64,000 nt of DNA from Dudresnaya verticillata (Eukaryota). A program made the translations under genes and the position numbers. The number at the start of each line of letters is the position of its first letter. Position 1 is the first letter of the stretch. Shown here one piece after another: positions 36,016-48,326 of the stretch. A model generated the notes under the pieces. The model was given only the letters and a program-made list of their open reading frames with translations, had not been told where the DNA came from and ran no database searches. The DNA is taken from assembly GCA_977862235.1 (NCBI GenBank), contig OZ374557.1, forward strand, positions 3,410,001 to 3,474,000, read 5' to 3'.

Positions 36016-36770
36016 CACCATCAGCAGCGGCTGTAAGGTATGCTGGCAGCCCTGCGCTGTAATGGTGCACACGATGACGCCCGCTGGCGAGTCGTGGTTG
36101 GGCAGCGTGCCCTTAGTTTTTTCGTTGATTTCGTAGCGGTCGACCGCATTGCTGCCGGCAGCGGCCGCGCACCGTGCCGCACACGGCGCGCCCCAGTGAC
36201 GCTCCCCGGCATCCAGCCGTTGTGAGGGCCGCTGCCCGTTACGCCCCGCGTGCGCCCACGGGTAGCCGTTACCCGGACGTGTCGACACGTGTATGGGCGC
36301 GCGATCGCACACCTCCCGCGTTGGTGTTGTGGGGCGCACCTACTGTAGAGTAGTCGTAGTGCGCATAGCGTAGGGTATTTAAGACCGTCGGCCATCGATG
36401 GCTCAGTAAACCGGGTAAGCAACAGCTCACGCTGAAGCTTGCCCCCACCCTCTTCGGGTTCGATCCCTTTTCCTTACGCCAGCGGGCGGTTTCCCTTTTC
36501 CCCCTTGCCTCGCTAGGCTTTTCCCCTTTCCTTTTCCTTTCCGTCGGCTTCGTGCCGCCCTTCGACAGGGACGCTGGGATTCGGCCGCTGCCTACCCACC
36601 TACGGTATGCCCCGTGCGCGTTCCGGCATCGACGCCGTCGATCCGCACCTGCGGGGCGCACGCGGCCGACACCGCTCTACCAACCACAACAGCTACCCAT
36701 CGACGGGTTTGTGTGGCGGCTTCGGACCAGCGAGTATTAGACGTCGGATCGACCCGACTTCTATATTACA
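36016..36770 (+). mobile_element. Inverted copy of the same LTR, lacking its first 19 nt (right arm)
   Basis: Reverse complement of 35165-35919 with about 6 substitutions in the first 400 bp. Confidence 0.88.
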
Positions 36771-38077
36771 TCTGTGAAAGCGCACGCCACAATGGCAAAC
36801 GTATTACAGTGTGCATACTGTACGCGCGCCACGATGGCATTTGCATTACATCACGCAAGCGATACGAAATCGCTGACACCTCCGGACGAATTCCGAGCTG
36901 ACTTCGTGATAGCGCGCGCCAGGATGGCATTCGCATTACCGTGCGCACCCGATACGAAATCGCTGACACCTTCGTGATCTTCCCATTGTTTCCTGCGCGT
37001 ACCAGCACCGAGGGCCACGACGCGCGTGCACCTCCTTATGCATCGCTGGCGCACTTCGTGACCGCCACCATACGTGAGACGACCGTTCGTTCGCACCGAG
37101 GCCGTTAAGAATCATTCGAGTACGAACCGTCTCCCGCGTTGACGTGTATTCGTGCTTACGTAGTACTACTTAGCCATTCGTCTGGCACGACCTCCGAGGG
37201 TTTCCAGTAAGCGACTAGCGCCCGGACCTCGGAGTCTTCGGTAAACGCCTGTTTCTTCGAGTTCAGTGTCTTCGTCTTCGTGACCACGGATACGGTCGAG
37301 CCTCGGTTTCGATAGCCCCGCGCACCCGGAGTCATCCCCGGTGATCGATCGCTCGAGTTCTCCCTTCCGCACACGAATACGTTGACAATGTGGTCCTTCG
37401 TGTTGCTCGCTCCGCTCTACCACGCTACCACCCCTTTTCCTTTCTCTGTTTGGATACGAGGCCATTCGTTTGGCTCCGAGACCGTTCCTTACAGTGCGGG
37501 ACTCCCCCGCGTCACCGTGGACTTCTTTATACCACATGTTTCAATAGGGGACCAAACAAAAGTATCATCCAATTCGTTTCAGCGGGCGAGAAATATTGTA
37601 TTTTAATGATGTGGAAAAAGCCATCTGATCTCATTTCGTTTCTGCGGCCTATACGAGCTGCGTTTTTCCCATCTTTTAAAACGTTTCTAAGACAGATTTC
37701 TCTGCGGAAATAGATTTATAGGAATACCTGGAGGATATTGTGGTGTCCGACCGGCTTCATGGAAACCATCCCCCTCACATTTGGGCACAGAAAGGGTGCT
37801 GTATAGGAACCCCGGTATATTATATGTATAGGCCGGTTCCAGGCCAGAATTAGAAGAGCTTCATCAGGGCCATATAGAGCCACCTGATGATATGTCCCAT
37901 ACGAGGGGTACCATAGTGGCATGAGAGAGCGTAGAGAGAGCCTTTCTTTCCTGCCCAGCTGGAAGGCGTGCTGAGAGGGATAGTAGGCAGCAAAGTCTCA
38001 AGGGCATTGTGAAGCATGTAACAAGCTTAACGCTCCATAACGCGTAACGCTTCAGCACAGGAGAGGACTGTAATGCG

Positions 38078-38404
38078 CGAGCTGCACGCTAAATCCCTGG
38101 AGGTTTTAGAGGTGCCGGACCTCCCAGCAGAAAGCACCAGAAAGACACGTGCTGCCGGCGCTGCTCAGACTTTTGCGGCCTGCGCCCCTTTCTCTGAGAG
38201 AGTTGAGAGCAGACCTCCTTTATAGAATTGTAGTAGTTACAGAAAGCTCGATGGAACTTACTAAAATAAAGTAAAAGACTAAAATAGAGACTAACATATC
38301 TTTAGATTGATAATTAATTAAAAATGCTGAGGTCAGGTGCTATTATGGCACGCTGCTATTTTGCTAGGACGCTGTTTTTGTTACACTGTACGCGATTGTA
38401 CAGC
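38078..38404 (+). repeat. ~325-bp direct repeat flanking the DIRS element, 5' copy; 3' copy at 42978-43302
   Basis: GCGAGCTGCACGCT...GCTGCTCAG ACTTTTGCGG...GCTGTTTTTGTTAC on both sides, diverged by multiple SNPs. Confidence 0.85.
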
Positions 38405-38825
38405 AATGAAAATGGGCACTAGGAGGAGCAGCGGGCAGATCCGGATCAACAGACCCGATCGGGCCACGCGTACTCAAGACCCGAGCTGGACCACCGCGCA
38501 CTGTCTCACCGGGACGCCTATCGCTTATAACGAAACGCGAAGCGAAACGCGAAGCGCAACGCGAAGCGCAACACGGAGAGAAACTCGGAGACACAAGCGC
38601 GGCAGCCGCGGCTGGAACCCAGCGTCTGAGGGTACTTGAGCACCGCCGAAGACAGACCGATCAGCACCCTCCCTCCCTGCATGTCTGTTTCTCGCTTCGA
38701 GAAACCCTCCCCTTCATCCTGAGGGTGGCGACATCTTCTAACCGTGCGCGACCCTAGCGCTGAAGACACCCGACCAACCCGACGCAACGATTCCAGTCAC
38801 ATTACATGCCGTTCGAGCGGCATGG

Positions 38826-39410
38826 GTGACTGGAAAACCGAAACGAGTCGATTTCGGGGCAGTGGTGACCGAATTGAGCACTGCAAGGATGGTCGGAGAA
38901 GGAAGTATCTTCGAGTGTGGGCCCCACGTGCCCGTTACGTACATGGCATACTTCAAACCTCCGGCCAATGCGTTCCTTTCAGAGCTCGAGCATAGGGATC
39001 GACGATCGGCAAAAGAATGGGAGTATATCAACGCTGCAGGAGTTTGGACGGAGACCGGTTTGTCTGCAATGGCGGTAGCGAAAGAGTCAGAGGGAGACAC
39101 TGAGGAGTTTGGAAGACGTTTAGCTTTGGCCGAAAAGTCGTTCAAGGCGGTGCTTGAAGTTTTGAGCATGCGTGGACAGTACTTCAGGGACATCGTGGAA
39201 CAGGGAGTTGAAGTCGCTAGGCAGATGGCCTTCCTGGCAGAGCAGGGGCCCGACGCAGTTTTCTCACAGTCCTATCGGTCAGCTCGGGAGGCCTTGACGT
39301 CCACGTTGGAGGTGGAGGCTGCCAAACAGTTGGCCAAACTGAGACTGGAGAGATGTTCCAGGAGATCCGGAGCTGGGAGCCCCGCTGATGGTGGCGCTAA
39401 CCAGGAATAG
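38826..39410 (+). CDS. Gag-like ORF1 of the DIRS element
   Basis: 194-aa helical ORF directly upstream of the RT; assigned by position only. Confidence 0.6.
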   Translation: MTGKPKRVDFGAVVTELSTARMVGEGSIFECGPHVPVTYMAYFKPPANAFLSELEHRDRRSAKEWEYINAAGVWTETGLSAMAVAKESEGDTEEFGRRLALAEKSFKAVLEVLSMRGQYFRDIVEQGVEVARQMAFLAEQGPDAVFSQSYRSAREALTSTLEVEAAKQLAKLRLERCSRRSGAGSPADGGANQE

Positions 39411-39457
39411 GAATCGGGGGATACCAGGAGTCTGCAGCGGGTGCTTGGGATCGCCCG

Positions 39458-41310
39458 TTGTGGAGGGGGACGTCGCTCAAGGCCAACGCTTGGAAAAGTG
39501 TTCTGGGCACGTCAGAGTACTTGGTGCGTGCTATTCGTTACGGGAGAAGGGACTTGCCCCCTATCCATTTTACGGCTGGCCGCATTATCAAGGCAATCCC
39601 ACAATCGGACAACGATCGAGAGTTTGCAATGGCAGACATAGAGAAGGGCTTGGGAGAGGGAGTATACGAGGAGGTGAGCAGAGAGCTCGTGCTGGACCGA
39701 GTGGGCCGCGGGTTCCTGGTGCCCTCAGGGTTTGTTGTATGGCAGGATATCGAGGGCGGGGAGAAAAAGGGCAGGTTTGTGATCGCCTTCCACGAACAGA
39801 GCTCCCACTGGCCCAAGCGGAGCGTGAAAATGGAAACGATACCGTCATTTGCTTTGGAGTTGGAACAAGGGGATCATTTGATGTCTTGGGACATCAAGAG
39901 GGGCTATCGTCACTTTTACTTACACCCCGACGTGCGCAAAATGTTCCTATTCCACTACGGCGGTCGATAGTTCCGCTGCATCGCGCTACCCTTCGGCTGG
40001 GGTCGCTCTGCACTTTGTTTCACAAAGCTGTTACGACCGCTCGTCCGCTACATCCGCAATCGTTTGCAGTACAGGGTCCTGCCCTACGTCGACGATTTCT
40101 TAGCCGCACCGTCCCAGCCGGGGACGGTGGCAACGAAGCTGGACTGCACTCGGGCAGTGAAGGTACTCGGAAGATTATTCGGACAGCTGGGGCTTGTGCG
40201 CCATCCAACAAAGGGCTTCTGGAGCGGTGCACAGCGGCCGGACCATCTGGGAGTGGTGATCGACACCGTGGTGATGCGGGTTTTTGTCGCCGATGGGAAG
40301 GTGAAGAAGGTGCGGGGGCTGGCTGCGAAGGTATTAGCCCTGACCGGTCGGAACAAACGCCTGGTGTCCCTCGATCTGCTGTACCATTTCTGCGGGGTCT
40401 GTGCAGCGCTGGGTATGGCGCTGCCTCTGGCGCGCTTTTCCCCGCGTTCGGTCTATTTCGACATGGCTCGGGATGGAAATCTAGGGTTGGAGACCAAGAA
40501 GAGGAGCGTTCAGACGACTGTCCGGGTCCGCCTGTCACGGCCGTCGCTCCGCGACTTAGCATACTGGCGTTCCTTGACCCGGGGAGAAGGCCGCGAGCTA
40601 GGGCGTTCGGAGCCGGACCTCACCCTGCACAGCGACGCCGCCGACTTGGGGTACGGGGGAGCCCTCAGCACCAATTCACAAGCAGGCAGCCCCGGTTTGG
40701 GGGAGGGTTAAGGCTTTTGAACCCGGGAAGAGCGCGCGGAATCGATGACTTCGCGGGAACTCAGGGCGGTGCGGTTGCTGTTGCACCGACACTTCGCCGC
40801 CTACGTCTCGCAACCGAACGCCACGCGTCTCTTACTCCACGAAGCCAACCAAGCAGTCGTTCACGTGTTGAACGCCATGGTGTTAGCGTCTCGACCGATG
40901 ATGGCCGAGCTCCGCAAGCTACGGGTCCTGCTGCAGGTCCTGGGGGTGAAGATAGACGCCCGCTGGCTTCCATCGGCGGTCAACAAGTTCGCAGACACCC
41001 TGTCGAGGACATTGCAACCGCTGGATGCGCGAGTTTCGACTCATCTCCTCGACGACCTACGGCGAGAGTATCACTTCGACCGCCACGCCTTCCGGACCCG
41101 CCCGTTCGGGGAGAACATGATCGCGAGGCGGAAGTATGCTCTGTCATCCCTAGAGGAGAATTGAGGGGAAGGGCTGTGTCGGCTGTGGATGCCACCGTTC
41201 GATCTACTGCCCCTTGTGGTGAATAAGATCCAGGCGGAGGGGGCGCGAGGATTCTAGTGGCGCCGCACTGGCCGGCTCAGGGATGGTTCCCACGCTTGCG
41301 CGAAATCTCT
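39458..41310 (+). pseudogene. DIRS pol: reverse transcriptase, RNase H and methyltransferase-like domain
   Basis: KGRFVI, SWDIKRGYRH, ALPFGW, LPYVDDF, HLGVVID; LHSDAADLGYG, RELRAV, NKFADTLSR; WMPPFDLLPLVVNKI / ILVAPHWPAQGWF. In-frame stops at 39968, 40709, 40718 and 41162, plus a frameshift. Confidence 0.9.
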
Positions 41311-42962
41311 CCAGACCTACGCCTACTTCAGCCGGACCGTCATGCCGCACGTCTCCTGGAGAGCTCGGCCGCCCATGTGCAGAAGTGGTCATTGGTCCTG
41401 GCGCGGATTCAGTGCTGACATTGTACGGACTAGGGATACAGGCGGCTGTCCTGCAACGGACAGTCAATGGAGCGGTGAATGGTGGTGGTGAGGCAGCAGC
41501 AACTCTCCTCGCAGAGTTTGGGCACTCAGCTGCATCCTGGAAGAATCGATCCGCCCAATTACGGCGGTGGTTTGCTTTCTGTGCCGCCGAAGAGCGCTGT
41601 GCTCTGCCCGCAACCGATGGGGATGTTGCTGCATTCATTGGTCATCTGGCTCAAGAAGGGTCCCTGCGAACATCTTCCGTCGCTCAGTATGTTTCGGCAA
41701 TTTCGCGCTATCATGAGCACCATAGTGACCCCTCGTCAACCCGGACCCCACTGGTGCGGGACCTATTGCAGGCACTTTCCTGACGGGCAGCCACGGTGGG
41801 TGCACCGAAGCCTGTGCGTGTAGGTTGTCCATCGGATCTCATGCGGGCGATTGTTTCTCACGGTGTAATACAGTGAAGGGCTTACAGAAGTGGGCCCTCT
41901 GCCCGCGTTATGCGCTGAAATAGCGTTACCTACAGGGCGCCGACAGGGACAAGACGGGTAGCCTATGATTGGTCCAAATGTCACCCTGTAGGTCAGTAGC
42001 TTAGTACCTATTTATTTTAGAAAATATAGCTTAGGATAGGGGGCGTGTTAATAGCCCAGTATGAGGGGTGCTGCCTGACAGTCGGAGTACCATATAAGGG
42101 CATCTCTCGTAGCGGTCACTGTACAGTAAAGGTAAGCACCTTCCGGCCCCAACTACGTCTCCAAGCTATCGGGACCGTAGCATACGTGTCACTCGTGCCC
42201 GGTTAACAGCCCACCCAGTGAACTACCATCAGTATCGTGCTTCCAATCAGGTTACGTGCCCTCGTCTACCCTCTGGGTTCCTCCCGCTCTACCACCGCTA
42301 CCAGGTACCCGCTCTGTGGCTTTCTCATTGAGTGCACTCTTTGAGTTCACAAGAGACCTAAAAGGTACTTGCTTACACACTGGTGTGTCAGGTCCTCGGA
42401 TCGCGAACTTGCGGCGTGTGCCGCGACTGTGTTCGCCTATGTGTTCCATGTCCGGTCGGTGACCTGTAATGGCATGCTGCCATACCACCTCGAACTCGAC
42501 AGCAATGGGTCTCTTGCCCTGCTGCATCGTCGCAAGGGCAAGGCACTGGCACATCCGCTTATCCTGCGCTGCCCCGCCTCGCCACAATTGACTTCTGATT
42601 GCTCGCCTTTGGTGCTGTTTACGAGATGGAGCACCCGCCGGGCAGTGTTACAAAGGGGAGAGCGGTTGTTTAGGCTACCTGGTGATAACGGTCCTAGCCT
42701 GGACCGAGCAGTCATGGGTGCTCTTTCAGCCGTATCTGCGTCCCCACCGTCTGGGTGTTTTTACTCTTCCCACAGTCCCCGGATTGGGAGTTTCAATACG
42801 CTCATCAACCTGGGCTTTACCCGCTTGTGGGTGCAGAACCGGATGGATTGGACTTCAGAGTCAATGTCCAGGACTCATTTGGACAGCAGCATCGAAGTGA
42901 CGCAAGCCTCGTGATGGTTTTTTGCGCACATGCTTGACGCAGCACGCTCTCCGACTTCGTGA
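41283..42962 (+). pseudogene. DIRS tyrosine recombinase, interrupted by a solo LTR
   Basis: Core-binding part LRRWFAFC...VAAFIGHL...SVAQYVSAISRYH. After the insertion: AATVFAYVFHVRSVT (R), RRKGK, YSSHSPRIG (HxxR), DWTSESMSRTHLD, where the catalytic Tyr position reads His. TGA stops at 41781 and 42912. Confidence 0.85.
41864..42377. mobile_element. Solo LTR (514 bp) in the YR gene
   Basis: Termini TGTAA...TTACA; imperfect TSD CACGG/CACTG; internal TATA-like CATATAAGG. Removal rejoins the YR frame (IVSH|.CVRSSDRE). Confidence 0.7.
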
Positions 42963-43684
42963 TTTGGTTTTCTTCAAGCGAGCTGCACGCTGAAACCCTG
43001 GAGGTGTTAGAGGTGCCGGCACCTCCCAGCAGAAGGCACCAGAAACACACGTGATACCGGCGCTGCTCAGACTTTTGCGGCCTGCCCCCCTTTCTCTGAG
43101 AGAGTTGAGAGCAGACCTCCTTTATAGAATTCTAGTAGTTACAGAAAGCCCGATGGAACTTACTAAAACAAAGTAGAAGACTAAAATAGAGAGTAACATA
43201 TCTCTAGATTGATAATTCATTAAAAATGCTGAGGTCAGGTGCTATTATGGCACGCTGCTATTTTGCCAGGGCGCTGTTTTTGTTACTGATTGTAACATCA
43301 GCGACTCGTGAGGGGGGTATGTCCTCATAGCGGATTTTCGGCTCTGTCATGGTGTTCGTTTTTTTCTTTATTTTTTCCTCGACTGGTCATAAACCGACCG
43401 TCACCTCCATTCACCGACCATCCCCCCAATCAAGCTCATATACGCACACTCCCCCTTTCGTTTCGGCCCCTCCAACTTCAATGGTTCCACGCGGAGGTGC
43501 GGGAGGAAATCTCCCCGAGGGTTGCTGGCAGTAATTAGAATGCGGAGGACCGCCGAAGGTCAATAAAGAGGAGACGTGTGGCGTTGGGGGAACACCCGAG
43601 AGGGAGAACCCATAATGGTTAACAACTTTAATAAAGAAGAGACGTGTGGCGTTGGGGGGACACCCGAGAGGGAGAACCCATAAT

Positions 43685-46600
43685 TTCGTACGAAGCTTGT
43701 ATGTTCCCCGTCGAAGACAGTGGAAGCTTGCTTGTTGTAGGAAACCTTCCAGTAGCGATTGACATGAGCAGCCGGCTGAATCTCTGATCTTCTGCCTGAC
43801 GAACTTGTTGAGTAATGCGCAGCACCTTCACAGCCTGCCAGAGGGAGGATGCCCAAGGTAGTTCGTCTAGTAAGGACACGTTGACGTATTCTTTGTTCCC
43901 ATGCTCGTCTTCTTGAAGCCTCCGCGACTGAACAACTGGCAACAGCTGAAGGTAGTCGCCTGCAAATACGATGCTTAACCCACCGAAGAGCGGCTTGTCT
44001 GAACGTGACCCCGAGCTATTCGAGACATTGCTACTGCCTCCGTTTCCACGATGAGCTTCCGGTCGCACTCGCAAGTCTTTGCGGATGGCATCCACGTGCT
44101 CAAATAGCACTCTTTGCATCATAGAGGCCTCGTCTACGATAAGAAGTGACACGTTCCGAATCATCGCTGCCCTCTGAGATCGTGGACCGTATTTAGAAAG
44201 CTTGGCGTGTCTTTCAGAACTGTCCTTGTCGTCAACGCCCAGTCCAAGGAGACTGTGCAGTGTGCGACCACCACGGTATAGAGACGCTGCAATTCCTGTA
44301 GTAGCGGTGATTTCCACATACATTCCCCTGCACTCCGCCCTATCCCGAAGCAAAGACAGAAGGTATGTCTTCCCTGTCCCTGCATGGCCCTGTAGGAAGA
44401 ACACCTTTCCATCCGTAGCCAGTGGGTCTTCTCGGCGACGGTCCAACATGACAGACATGATCTTATCGAACACTCGCTTCTGCTGTGAGTTCAACGTCCT
44501 GTACTTGTCTTCTACGGCTTCTCGTAAGCTTGCCGACGACGACGCTTGCTGTATCTCACTCTGTACCCTCTCCACTTCCGTCGACCTATCCTGTGAGGTA
44601 ACAAAGGAGCGGAAGGCTCGATGCTGTCGGAGAAGGTTCCCTCCATGGCGATCTGATATCTCAGTCAGTCTGCGAATCAACTCTGCCTTCTTCTGCGACG
44701 TAGATCCGAGGTCAATGTCTGACATCAAGTACTCTGAGTGTCTGTGGAGCATGCGTTCTGGATTTCCTCCTTGCTGGTACAGAGTCACGATCATGAAGCG
44801 CAGACTTCAAGGTGTCCAATGCATACTTGCTGCCTCGTCAAAGGATCTGTCGTACTCGTTTCCATCCGCATACAGTCCCATTGCCACTGCAACATTGCGG
44901 AAGGAGCCGTAGTTACGCCCTTCAAAGCCTTTGGCTTACGAAAAGGATGAGATCGGCCTGTGAATCAGGATTGTCTGAAGCGCGAACAGCTCGACGTTTG
45001 CTGGGGAAACGAAGTGGATGCGTGCCACCGAGTCTTCATCCGAGCCCCTTTTGACGACTTAGTTTCGAGGCGAGCCGTCGTCTCTTGGAATATCCTGACT
45101 CCTCGACTGCATACTCCTCGGAAGCGTCTTGTACAGCTTGAAGCCTTCCATGTAGTCGAGAAATGTTTTCGACCTGTACTGTGACGGACGCTTGAAGTAG
45201 CGCAGCAGCGGTGAGTCGCCTAGCTGTCCCGGTCCCCGCGGAAGGTTGGGGTTCCTGATGACAATGTGGCGCTCTCCCTCCAAATGCACCGGGTAGGCTG
45301 TCACCGGTGGATTCAACTTGACATGTCTGAACTCGAGTAACGACCAAGCTGCCTCAACGGAGCCACTCACTCTTGCACGCATGTGTAGGCGGATGTCGTT
45401 GCGAATGTTGTCCCTTGCTGGGTTCCGGGTGCCCTGCCTCTCTGGCTCCGTTTGAATCTCCACGTCTTGAAGTTTCGGTGGCTTGAATGTGTACTTCATC
45501 AGGTACGCAACTGCCCCTCCTCCCTGGGTCCGTTCCACGTTGATGTGGCGACGATACCTCCTTGTCAACTTAGCATTGTACGGGACTACTTTCAGATCTT
45601 CCTCTTTCCTTCTGCGGTACACCACGCGATTGCGGGTCTCATCCATGTAGGTTGTCGGCGTCACTGCATTCTGGTCGTATCCAAAACGACACCTTCCATT
45701 ACTAGTACGCCCTCTACAGTACGGAGAGTGCCGGTGTCTGTTGAAACGCATCACCAGTTCCCCGAGCTCTGGATCCTCGGACGCCAAAGGCAACTCCGCA
45801 CTGATAATCCCGTCAATCTCGTCCAAGTATTCCAGCAGGCCGCCCTCTAGGAACACTAGTATGTGGTTGTGTGGCGTGTTACGTTCCTGAAACTCCAACT
45901 TGGGAGCGATTCCGATACAACGGCGTCCCAAGTATTCCTCAGAGTTGGACTCAATCTCCCTCATTACATCGTTGGCAAACTGGTTGTATACTCTTGCCGT
46001 GATATCGGGACGATCAAACACACGTGGTCGACGGTCATGAGGCTGGAACGTACTTCGATGATCTATGTCCAAGCCCAGTCTGCCCATCTCCTCACTCCAC
46101 GGATTCCTTGTCACAGTCACGAGCAGAGAAGGGACATGCCTTCTAGCGACCATAGCTTGTACGTCCAGGAGCTTCCCTTTCCAATATGACGCTGAGTTCA
46201 CGTGGTTATCCGGAAGGAACAGTCTCCCAATACGATACGTGTCGTCGTCATCCATTACAGTTTCCTGTAGCTCCCTCTCCTCTACGATCCTTGATGTCTG
46301 CTCCCGCTCCAAGAACTTGAGTCGATGGTCCTCGATGTTTGTAGCAGTTCGCAGTAGCCAGACCTGGAATAGTGTACCGCTCTCCTGTAGAATGTTGTCC
46401 GTGTACAGGCGGCGCTTGACGTTTGCCGCCCAAGTGAGCTTCTGGAGCTTCTTCTTATTCGCTTCTCTCGTACTCGACGGCTCAGTGTTATCTGACTTCG
46501 CTTGAATGAACCGTGCCAAGTCAAACGGCTCATGTTCATCTCCGCACGGATACAGTAACGGGAACGCGCCCACCTTCGCTATCTTCGAGCCCACGTTAAG

Positions 46601-48326
46601 TGTACGATACTTCACAACATGTGTTCCACGTTCGTGATCCGGTTCAATGTCAGCATTGCCAACCAACTGCACGACTGGCTGATCGGATCGGTATAGACCA
46701 GAAGGTTCAACAGTGTAACTTAGGCAGTGCGTCGGAACTCCTGCTTGGTCTTGTGGCAGCGGTCCAACTCCTGTCACAGCTTGTACCTCACCAACCTGCC
46801 TTCCACGATAGTTTTCCACAACGACACCGTCGTTTGCAACTTGGTCATTCACTTCTACATTATCGACTGCCGATGCTTGGCCTCGAGCTGAACTTCCCGC
46901 GCCTCGTGCACGATCAGTTCCCGAAACCAGTGTTCGGTACCTTTCACGCATAATGCGTGGGGAGGCAGTAGTTTGTCGTACAGTACAGGAACCATGGCGC
47001 GTACATTGCTGTTGCGAACTGCATCTCGCAACAGCCTTGACCTCTGGTCTCCCTCTCTCAAACTCGGGGCGTCATTGGACCACAGAAAAGTGTAGCGCGC
47101 ATCACGTCTCGGTACAGCGATCGCTGCGTTGCCGAACAGCTTCATGAACGACGGTCCACCGGACGGCATGAACTTAAGATCCATAAATGAAAAACACGTC
47201 GCAAACAGTTTGTTCAGCTGCACTGACATCGTACGGAACGCCCGCATCTTGTACATTTCCTTCAACTGACTCGACAAATGCCTCCTTCGAAACGTCACAC
47301 CCCATCCTGGAGTACTCCTCTTCCCACAGCACACTCCGTCGCTTTCTTTTCCGACGAGCATACTGCCACAGTACTTGCAAGTGCTGATGTACAGTACCCA
47401 TCCCTTCAGCGGACAACGTCGTGAATTGTGTGTCGGATCTCCGCACTTCGAACACCTTCTCCTTGTATCCCTTGGATAGTCAAAGTCCGACGGAACTACG
47501 TCTTGCTCCTTTGCTTCTTCAGCTCGGCTATCGAAAGCGTAGTAGACTTTAAATAGCCCACGTTGCACCTTCCCAACCTCTGACATCATCGTCCTGTCAG
47601 TGCTCCCAGGAACGGACTGTGCTATGTTCGGCTCAACGCTTTCAACGGCCGGCCCGACGGGTACGTGCTCCCCTTGTTCCGCAACACTTCCTTGGTCCGG
47701 CTCCGGAATCGTCCTTCTCCTCGGTCTCCCGGCCCCTCGACGTACCCCCCTGCATTCGACCGTGCCCCTCCTGCATTCGACCGTGCCCCTCCTGCATTCG
47801 ACCTTGCTCTTCCTGCATTCGATCGTGATCCTCCCGCATTGGTTCGAACACCGCCTGAATTCTCACGTCGGCCTCCTGCGTTCTGTCGCGGTCCTCCTGC
47901 GTTCTCCCGTGGACCTCCTGTATTCAACCGCGACCCCCCCGCATTTTCATGCGGCCCACCTGCGTTCTGACGTGGACCTCCTGTGTTCGGACGTGATCCT
48001 CCTGCGTTATCACGCGGTCCTCCTGCGTTTTCACGCGGACCTCCTGTATTCGGGCGCGACCCCCCGGCGTGCTGACGTGACCCTCCGGCATTCGGGCGCG
48101 GACCTCCTGCGTTCTCACGTGAGCCACCAGCATTTGGACGTGGACCTCCAGTACTTGGACGGGCACCACCGGAGTTGGCACGGGCGCCACCAGCGTTGGC
48201 ACGGGCGCCACCACAGTTGGCACGAGCTCTGCCACAGTTGGCACGGGCGCCGCCAGAGTTGGCACGAGCCCCTCCTGAGTTAGGACGCGGACCCCCAGAG
48301 TTGGGTCTGGGGCCGCCGCGAACCAT
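43685..48326 (-). mobile_element. Helitron-type Rep-helicase gene, right-arm copy
   Basis: Mirror of 23611-28250. The Rep ORF 45059-46951 (630 aa) is unbroken here (EFQERNTPHNH); PIF1 ORF at 43628-44794. Confidence 0.92.

Larger units (their letters stand above)
38385..42977 (+). mobile_element. DIRS-type tyrosine-recombinase retrotransposon, degenerate (right-arm copy)
   Basis: Gene order gag, RT, RNase H, MT-like domain, tyrosine recombinase, with no integrase or protease. Confidence 0.9.

Noticed and set aside
39388..41226. 612-aa ORF overlapping DIRS pol (mirror 30709-32547)
   Set aside because: Arg/Gly/Pro-rich with no motifs. It lies in the frame whose first codon position is the GC-rich third position of pol, so stops are rare; treated as a shadow ORF.
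42640..42652. GTGTTACA as the right end of the LTR in the YR gene
   Set aside because: YR motifs (FHVRSVT, RRKGK) already resume at ~42378, so the insertion ends at 42377.
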